Shown here one piece after another: positions 22,301-33,268 of a stretch of 33,268 nucleotides of DNA (position 1 is its first letter; each line of letters opens with the position of its first letter). The notes under the pieces are model-generated. The model searched no databases and was not told the DNA's origin. It saw only the letters and a list, made by a program, of their open reading frames with translations. The DNA is from Adineta steineri (Eukaryota). The stretch is taken from positions 1 through 33,268 of the forward strand of contig CAJNOI010000629.1 of NCBI GenBank assembly GCA_905250115.1. Reading direction: 5' to 3'. The translations under genes and the position numbers were made by a program.

Positions 22301-23065
22301 TTTTCTCATCATTATCGAGAAAAACAGTAAAATGTACATACGAAAGGCAACTTCTAGGTACCATATATCGTGTGAAAATGATTCCTATACGTCCTCAAAT
22401 TTCTAATTTGAGTTTATTATTAGATTAATATGAATGATGTGGGAGGAAACGATCTGCTTAATTATTTCGAAATTAAATTATTATCTATCAAATTAGTACG
22501 AGATGCATTTGGAATAGAAGGAAACTTTATTCAATACTACAATAATTACAACTATTTGAAAATATCGAATAGCATTGATATCCTTATTTCAACAAGCGAC
22601 TTTGTTAGAATAGTATCGAGTTTATATTTATTTCTTTATATAAATTTAGTTAACAAAAATTCTGTTGTATTTATCCTTTTTTATAATATGCTTTCTGACG
22701 AATATCACATTTTTCTACTTTGCTAATTGATATAAACAGTTTTCTATCGATTGAATATATAATTTTAATCAAAAATAAGTAAAATATATACTAATATTTT
22801 ATATATTTATCATAATAGTATAAATAACGAACTCCATCTATCTTGTTTCAAATGATAGATCATATTTAAGAACCAATAGAATCAATTTTATAGTCTGTAT
22901 AATATAATAATATACATGAAAGTATCGTATTAAACAAGGACGGGCACTATTTTATCTCATATTCTTCGGTATACATGTCAGTTTATGATAAACAATAATT
23001 GTTTTATCTTCGAAAATATTTTATAAAAATATCCATATGATTATTCGACGGAATTAACAATACTA

Positions 23066-25205
<2,140 letters not shown>

Positions 25206-25974
25206 ATAATTAGGTTAAATATAATTATTATCTCAATTGATATAACAGTACACAACGAGTTGTATTATAACAATATTTATTATTTTTTCTTCGAATTTTT
25301 CATTTGCTTTTTTCGTATATATATTTGAATTAATTATCTGTCGACTGCAGAGATTAATAAAAATATTACGAAATGTATAATACAATTTGTTGAAAAGATT
25401 GTTAAATAAACTTTTATTTATAAATATAAACAAAATTGTTGAATTTCCAAGACATTGATAGTATATTTTGTATTTAGTCATATACAATTTAGAAGGTACA
25501 TCACTTGAATTGAAATTTTTCTATATCAAGTTGCATAGCGTAATTAAATATCGGATAGCGACATCCAATGAACTATATGTGTTATATTTACGAAATTTGA
25601 GTTGGTGTCACTTGAAATTTCACAATAGAATGAAAAAAAGTATACCTTTTATTTCTCACTGTGATTGAAATTACAAATATTAATCTAAATTGTTTGCTTT
25701 CTTATCGTATTCATTGTCATCTACATGTGTTCTATAAATATTTTTTTTACTGTGAAAAATGAATCAACTACAGTCTATATCGTTGAATTTCACATAATTA
25801 TGACTTAGTCGTGCAATGCTCTTCTTTTGTGATTTCACAACTTTATTGAAAAACTTTTTTTTCCTTCCTTCACATACACAACATATTCTAATTATGGCGA
25901 CATTCTTTCTCATACATAAAAGGCCTTGTATTTTTCATTTTCATTCAGACTTACATTAGTCTTCAAGAGTAAAA

Positions 25975-28900
25975 ATGACCGATGCAAAGCATATGAATGG
26001 TAATAAGAAAATTAATTTCTTATTCTTATTGAATATTATTTTAATTTTAGTTTATCGAATTGCACCTTTTTATTATATTCATGTACTGGATCAAAATACG
26101 AATGTAACTCGACTTGAAGTTGGTCCAAAAACATTTGTAAGACAAGATCATGAAAAAGTTTTACTTGGCCCAGAGCGCATGTTAATCATTCCGTATGTTT
26201 ATAAATTATATTTCTTCATATATATTTATTTTATATAAATCTCTAGACCACGTCATTATTGTGTTATTGAAAATCCAGCTGTTCGTGATAAAAATGGCAA
26301 AGTAATTCTGGATTCGAATGGTCAAGTTAAATTATTACATTCAGATGTTGATATACGTTTTGCTCAAGAACCATTTTCACTTTATCCTGGTGAAATACTT
26401 AAACAAACTATAACACCATTAAAAGTTATTGAACCTAATTGTGCATTACGTCTTCGTGCTGTTTTGGATTTTATTGATGATCAAGGTCAACAAATTCGTG
26501 CTGGAGATGAATTTCTTTTTCATGGACCAGGTAGAAAAATGAGTTACATATTTTAATCTAAATACTAAAATTCAAATTTATTCTTAGGAACTTATTTTCC
26601 ACGTAAAGAAGTTAGCGTTGAAGAACAAATCAAAGCTATTATTCTTAAACCAAATGAAGCTGTTCGTTTACGTGCTAAAAAAGAAATGACAGATCGAGAT
26701 GGTGTTGAACGAGAAACAGGCGAAGAATGGCTTAACCGAACCGTTGGTTCTTATTTACCATTAGCCTATGAAGAAGTTGTTTCAACAGTTAAAGCTTATG
26801 TGCTCACTGACAAAGTATGTGTTTATCGTTTTGATCATTGTACGATTTATTATTATTTTCTTTAGAAAGCTCTTCATGTTCGTGCTTTACGAACATTTAC
26901 TGATTCAGTTAAACGTAAACATCTTCATGGTGAAGAATGGTTAGTCTATGCTAGTGATGCTGAAACATATATTCCTGATGTTTATGAAGAGGTAGAATTA
27001 ATTTTTTTGTTTTAAATAGAAAGATAAATATAAAATAAATATATAGGTTGTTGGTGTTGTATCCGTAACAGTATTAAATTCTCGTCAATACTGTGTTATT
27101 CTTGATCCAGTTGGTACCGATGGTAAACCTCAACTTGGAAAGAAAAAACTTGTTCAAGTATAAAACATTTAAAATTTATTTTTTTTATAGAAAATTTATT
27201 TTTTTAAGGGAGAAAAAACATTCTTTCTTCAACCCGGTGAACGATTAGCAAAAGGTATTCAAGCTGTATATGTTCTTGAAGAAGATGAAGGTCTTATTCT
27301 TCGTTGTACAGAATCATTTAAAGAAAATGGAGTAAGTCTTTTTTGTTGACTACTTATTTTATTCATGATAATTATTAAATAGAAAGTCGCACGTAATCCC
27401 GGTGATCGTTGGATGGTTCGTGGTCCAAAAGATTATATTCCAGCTATTGAAGCCGAAGTTGTTCTTCGACGTAAAGCAATTCCATTAGATGTCAATGAAG
27501 GTATTTATGTTCGTGATGTTAAAACTGGTAAAATTCGTTCTGTTATTGGTAATACATATTTATTAACTGAAAATGAAGAACTTTGGGAAAAAGATTTACC
27601 AGCCCAAGTTGAACAATTAATTGTCTTAGATCCTCGATATTTTGAAGATAAAACAGGATTACCATCTGTTATTCCACCAAGAGATAAATCAAAAGTTATT
27701 ACATATCGTGTACCACATAATGCATGTGTACAAATCTATGATTATAAATCAAAGAAAGCCCGACTTATTTTTGGTCCTGAACTTGTTATGCTTGGCCCTG
27801 ATGAACAATTTACTGTTTTGAATCTTTCGGGTGAAAAACCGAAAGCACCAAATAAAATACGAGCAATTTGTCTTTTATTGGGACCAGAATTTTCTAGTGA
27901 TATTGTAACAATTGAATCAAGTGATCATGCTCGTCTTTCACTTAGACTTTCATACAATTGGCATTTTGAAGTAAGAAAAATTTATTTGATTTTTACTTTA
28001 ATAAAAATTTTTTTATTTATTTAAAGATCACTGATCGTAATGATACTAAAGAAGTTGCAAAACTTTTTTCAGTTCCCGATTTTATTGGAGATTTTTGCAA
28101 AGCGGTTGCTGCTAAAATTCGAGGAGCTGTTGCTAGTATTTCATTTGATGATTTTCATAAAAATTCAGCCAAAGTTATTCGTGCATCAGTATTTGGTCTT
28201 GATGAAAATAAACGAATCAACAAACGACTTGTATTCCCACAAAATAATTTAGTATTAACTTCAGTTGATATACAAAGTGTTGAACCTGTTGATCAACGTA
28301 CACGTGATGCACTTCAAAAGAGTGTTCAATTAGCTATTGAAGTAAGGCGATAAGAAGTTTAGAACTTCGAAAGAAAATATATATATAATTTTGTTTAGAT
28401 TACTACAAATTCACAAGAAGCTCAAGCAAAGTAAGTTGTTATATTTAAAAGAAAGAAAAAACTTTCATATCTTTTATTTTAGACATATGGCTTCACGTAC
28501 AGAACAAGAAGCAAAAGGTCATTTGGAAAGACAAAAAATTACTGATGAAGCTGAAGGTAAAATTTTATTTTGTTTTTATGAAATAATCATTTCATTATTT
28601 GTATTTTTTTTATAGCTGAAAAAGAACGACGAAATTTATTACAACTTCAAGCTTTATCAGCGGCTGTTGAATCAACTGGTCAGTCACGTGCTGAAGCTCA
28701 ATCACGAGCAGAAGCAGCGAAAATTGAAGGTGAAGCTGCTGTTGAACAAGGTATAACATATATCCAATATATTTTATCAGTCACATATAGATATACATAT
28801 TCTATTTTTAGCGACACTTCGTGCACAAGCAGAAAAAATTGAAGCTGATATAGAACTTTACCGATTAACTCAATCACGTGAACTTGAATTATCTTATAGG

Positions 28901-29207
28901 AGATTAACATCGGATTTGGAAATTGAAATGGCCAAACGATTAGCTGATATTGAAACTGAAGAATTTAAACAACATGTTACTACTATTGGACCCAAAACTA
29001 TACAAGCTATTGCTACAAGTGGACCAGATAATCAAGTAAAAATTTCTAGATGAATTTTTTTCATATCAATTAATAAATACTTTATTTCTTTAGGTTAAAC
29101 TTCTTCAAGCTCTTGGTATTAAATCAACTTTAATTACTGATGGACGTAGTCCAATTAATCTTTTCAATACCGCTGTTGACTTAGTGCATACATCACCAAG
29201 TTCATAA
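25975..29207 (+). CDS. MVP: Major vault protein (MVP); 14 CDS exons 25975..25999, 26051..26192, 26247..26530, 26588..26814, 26866..26991, 27047..27157, 27209..27331, 27383..27970, 28027..28341, 28399..28430, 28483..28556, 28616..28750, 28812..29035, 29094..29207 (840 codons, stop TAA 29205..29207)
   Basis: Spliced protein [66 protein letters not shown]... is collinear with remembered human MVP ([59 protein letters not shown]...) through the vault repeats ([18 protein letters not shown]; [44 protein letters not shown]; [61 protein letters not shown]; [43 protein letters not shown]; [30 protein letters not shown]; [61 protein letters not shown]...) and the C-terminal coiled-coil end ...[35 protein letters not shown]... 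All 13 introns are 51-57 bp, GT..AG. Cumulative exon length 2520 nt with every phase consistent. Confidence 0.9.
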
Positions 29208-30604
29208 AAAATGAATTTATTTTATATTTATCTAATTGTGTAGACCCAATATTAGTCAGATTTTTGAAATAAATAAAATTATTCAATAATATATTGATTA
29301 TCTTTTCTTATTATTGTTACACATATTATTATTGTAAAAGTCAACTATTGTCTATTTATCATATTAAATATTACACAAACTAACAAAAGGTATAAAGACA
29401 ACTGTAAAACATACTTCGTGAATTTTCATTCGATTAGATGTAGCAACTGCTAAGTTATGAAATGAAAAATAGTAGGAAACATGAATTTATTCTGTTTACT
29501 CATGTCTCTGCATTTCAGTGACACACAAAAGTACGCTTTTCTTCCTATCAACATATACTCATAAAGTCTTATGATTTGACTAATATTTTTAAATGTTAGC
29601 TGTTTTTCTAAATGTAACCTTTTCTGTGATAAAGATCAAACTTCGAACTATTATTATACATCTTATTGCATATGATTTCATCAGTTACATTTTCTTTTGT
29701 GCACAATTTCAAAGTCAATATCAATCGTTTCTCAAGAAGTTTTATGTCGAAATCACCGTCTATGTTTTAGTCACTTTTTTCTTTCATCTTTCTCTCAATA
29801 TCTGTTGTTTCATTATATAGATATGATATTATCTTTCGTAACACAGAGTAACGATGTACGTATCTCTCCTTATCTTGACAATGCATACTTTTCTTAAAGC
29901 TTTTTTTCGTTTCCATGAATTTTAACCCTATTATTAACGCTTTTTTTTCTATAATGAAAAAATGTTAGTTGAACATGGACGAGATTATACAACATATCAA
30001 GTTGCTTAACAATCTTTTCGTGTGGACAGGAAACGTTAGATTCACAATACATGTGTGTGTGTAGCGTACCTAGATCACATTCAGATGTATACATTTCTAT
30101 TATTGTAACATGTAGTGAAATTTCCTTATAACTAAAAGACTTGAGGTCCACAAAGAACTGTCTTTTTGCAAAAACTTCACATTTGATTTTAACCTGGAAA
30201 AATCTCAAATGTAAGAAATACTAAATGAATGAAATTCAACTGACTGTGTTATGAAAATATCATATGCTTTCTTCTTCTCAATGTTATCCTTGAATTTCTT
30301 TCGAAACTGCACACAACATTCAATGACTATGATCGAACGAAACATCAATATTTGACGTTAGTGTAAAAGTTGATCTATTCAATTTGACAATAGCACAAAA
30401 CGTCTAAACCGACTGAATTAATGAATAAATCGTCTAAAAAAGATGATTTAACTTGGAATAGACCAATCACCTTCCTAATTACTTCGTTTTCTTTTTTTTT
30501 CTCATTCTGTTTGAGGTCAAAGTAATAAGATGCAAACAATGAACAAATATATATGTATATATAAAGCTTTATCTTAGTCAAAAACATCATACTCATAATA
30601 AAAT

Positions 30605-32884
30605 ATGAACCGATCAAATGCTCATCTTCTGGACTTACCTAATGAAATATTGCTTATTATTTTGAAGTACTTGAACAATCTGGATGTACTTTATTCTTTA
30701 TTCGATATTAATGATGGACGACTTAGCATTCTTGCACAAGAAAATATTTTCAGCAACATTCTCAAGTTTGTTTCCATTGATAATATTTCTATCATCGATC
30801 GATTCTGCAGTGATATATTACCAAGAATTCATCACAATGTGAAATGTTTTGCTTTTGATCCAATGTTTATGGAACGTATTCTTCTTGCTACTGACTATCC
30901 AAATTTAACTAAACTTACAATTTTTCATTTCCAAGAAGAAATCGCTTCAAACTATTTTACAAGTAAGCATTTAAATATGAATTTGATTAGTTGAAAAATA
31001 ATAATGGTGTTACAAAAGAAAAGATTATAATATGTTTCATTACATTGCTTTTCTCATTTAGATGAATCATCACTTCGATTTATTTTCCAAGAACAAATTA
31101 CAAATCTTATTCTTATTAATAATGATAAACACAAAGTAGAATGTTCATCGAAAATATATACTGAAAATGTATATGTTCACATCTTGACCTTTTTCAAAAA
31201 CTTAAAAAAATTAAGTATCATAGAACCATCTGTTATGTCGTATCCACCTTTATCACTGTGTTATCTGCCATCGACTACTTTTACATCTCCGATTCTTACT
31301 CATTTATATATCAATATTCAAAATTTTAATGATTGTTTGTATTTACTTGATGGCCGACTTAGTAAACTGACAACATTGTGTGTTAGTGTCCACCATATAG
31401 ACACACACTCAGAGAGTGTTCACAATATGGTAAGTTGTTACAAATAATTTCATTTATGTTATGAAGATTTGACTATTTCGATGCAGTTAACGATTGATCT
31501 CAAAAAATTGAGATAAGATTGAAAGTTTAAGTTTTATTTTGATAAGGAGAAAAAAATATTCGTGTTGAGGAATATAGCAAAATCATCGACATTTAGTTTG
31601 TAGGTAGTAGAAATTACAATTTAATAAACGTATCAATGAACTTTGTTGCTAGAAATTATAATTATATAATATTTTATCGAATATAGTTCACATTGAAAAG
31701 TAGACTACAGTGCTTCATGATTGATTAAATATTATCATATGTGAATGATCATCACCATAGAATAGAACGAAAGTTTTTCTGTAATAACAGTTTTTCCAAT
31801 ACTTGAAATATGACTGAAAGTTTGCGGTCTGAAACTTTGATTGTTCTTATAACACTCGTTTGTTGTGCTATAAAATGAGAAAAGCAAACTAATCGATTTG
31901 TCATTTGTGGTCATTCACAGATAGAATATAGATGATATATCATGTGTAAAATAATGATGCCTATGACTTAATCTTGTAGATTATCAAAAAAACATTTCTT
32001 TCTTTTTGTAGGATAAATTATTGAATCTGAAACGTTTCTCATTAAAATCGTCTTATCCATTTCAACAATATGATAAAGTTGTATTACTTCTTCGTCGTAT
32101 GTCAAATCTGGAAAAGTTAACTCTAAATATTTCTATAAAAGGTCGAAATAGAGTTATTGGTGGTACTTATGTTCAACATGATATTTTGGATTATATGCCA
32201 CAACTTCGTTCATTCACTTTCTATATTTGTACTTATGTCGGTCCGATTTCTTTACCCTACAAATTACCAAGTGAAGATATTCACCTAACATTAGCAAATA
32301 TTGAACAACATGTCGGTAGTATGGTCAATTATGTTACTAATAGTGTCAATTTTGTTTATGGTGTGAGAGCTGCATGCTCCGTTTTCTCACTTCCTTTTGG
32401 ATTTGATTATCTCCGAGATATTGGCAATAACTTTCTAAATATTGTATTTAGTTATGTTACCTATTTAGTTATACAAGATATTATTCCATTCGAACATGAA
32501 TTCTTCATGCGAATTGCCCGATCGTTTCCGTTACTGAAGCATTTATTTATTCGAAATAAAGAATCACAAAAATTGGATGGTCTTATGACTTGTTCATCTG
32601 ACAATTGTCAATTACACTCAATTATTGAATATCCTCATCTGACTGTACTTGGTGTCGTATCTGCACATAGAGATTATATTGATCAATTTCTAAATGAAAC
32701 AAAGACATTCGTACCTTGTCTGACTGAATTTGAAGTCTATGTTGATGATTTAAAAACTGTAACAAAAGACTTTACTAGGGAAGAAACACGACGCAATTGT
32801 GCTAAGGTGACAAAAATAACTTCGATAGAACCAGTGGTACATTCGGAAGATTTATGTCGTTATTTTCCTTCGTTGTATAAGTAA
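30605..32884 (+). CDS. F-box domain protein with a C-terminal LRR-like region; tentative 3-exon model 30605..30962, 31062..31429, 32012..32884 (533 codons). Alternative: two separate genes (30605..~31447 and ~32021..32884)
   Basis: N-terminus MNRSNAHLLDLPNEILLIILKYLNNLDVLYSLFDINDGRLSILAQENIF is an F-box-like motif. Intron 1 (30963..31061) has a GTAAGC donor and ttctcatttAG acceptor and joins two long open frames. Intron 2 (31430..32011, 582 nt) has a perfect ATG|GTAAGT donor and tctttttgtAG acceptor, with phase 0 on both sides, but is unusually long for this locus; it contains no ORF. The downstream frame (LKRFSLKSSYPFQQYDKVVLLLRRMSNLEKLTLNISIKGR...) has leucine-rich-repeat character. The track's start at 32021 is a TTG, so an independent downstream gene is less likely. 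Confidence 0.55.
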
Positions 32885-33268
32885 ATTTATTTACGTTTTG
32901 ATTTATTCAATAAACTGAATAACATGATAAATGTTGTATTTATAACGTAACAATATTTCTTAAATATAAAGAAATATCAACTATTAAGGATCATTTCTCA
33001 TTCTCATTTTATAATAAAAAAAATCATCCAATACAACATTATCTGATGTTGCAGAGTATATGTACAATGAAAAATAACAAAAGAACCTTAACAACAACCA
33101 AAATTGAATTGAAATTTATTTTTTCATAAATAAATCTCGTACATAACTAACTTTTCTTAACGAGAGATAAAAAAAGAAGATATGTACGCTATTCGTCATT
33201 CAACTGATCGTACAATAAAACCTTTTTATTTAATATTTTAATCAACTCTTTCTTTTATTTTTTGAAGT

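Noticed and set aside
22430-22726. 98-codon + ORF upstream of the SLC35E-like gene, and 70-/64-codon ORFs at 19099..19311 (+) and 20079..20273 (-) in the gene desert
   Set aside because: No recognisable domains, Asn/Ile/Leu/Tyr-dominated composition characteristic of random AT-rich frames, and not joined to the neighbouring gene by plausible splice sites.
29894-30208. 104-codon minus-strand ORF between MVP and the F-box gene (MRFFQVKIKCEVFAKRQFF...CDLGTLHTHMYCESNVSCPHEKIVKQ...)
   Set aside because: Unrecognised sequence with Cys/His residues but no regular spacing resembling a zinc finger, no flanking exons, in a 1.4-kb AT-rich spacer. Cannot be supported as a gene from sequence alone; could be checked with RNA-seq.

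Overview
AT-rich (roughly 30% GC), gene-dense nuclear genomic segment of a metazoan. Introns are short, mostly 48-80 bp, with GT..AG boundaries; probably a rotifer-like or other small-genome invertebrate. I built exon-level models by eye for 14 protein-coding genes. On the + strand: a 5'-partial SLC49/FLVCR-type MFS transporter, an FBXO31 homolog, a second SLC49/FLVCR paralog, PPIL3, CRIPT, a HINT-family hydrolase, a DPY-30-motif protein, an SLC35E-like nucleotide-sugar/TPT transporter, major vault protein (14 exons) and an F-box/LRR-like gene. On the - strand: an intronless NMNAT-protein-kinase fusion ORF, an M2 peptidase (ACE-like), a Disabled (Dab) PTB adaptor and an intronless class-A GPCR. 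No rRNA, tRNA or CRISPR was found. The most unusual items are: the intronless 512-aa ORF joining a complete eukaryotic-type NMNAT domain to a protein kinase domain; five co-oriented genes at 4.6-9.4 kb spaced 64-138 bp apart with polypyrimidine-AG motifs abutting their ATGs, which is operon-like; a ~570-bp foldback (long inverted-repeat) element filling an intron of the SLC35E-like gene; and a ~6.7-kb gene-free tract at 16.3-23.0 kb containing a GC-rich repeat-structured island. All coordinates were derived by hand from the sequence; splice sites were chosen by GT/AG consensus, frame continuity and homology to remembered protein families. No database search was run.
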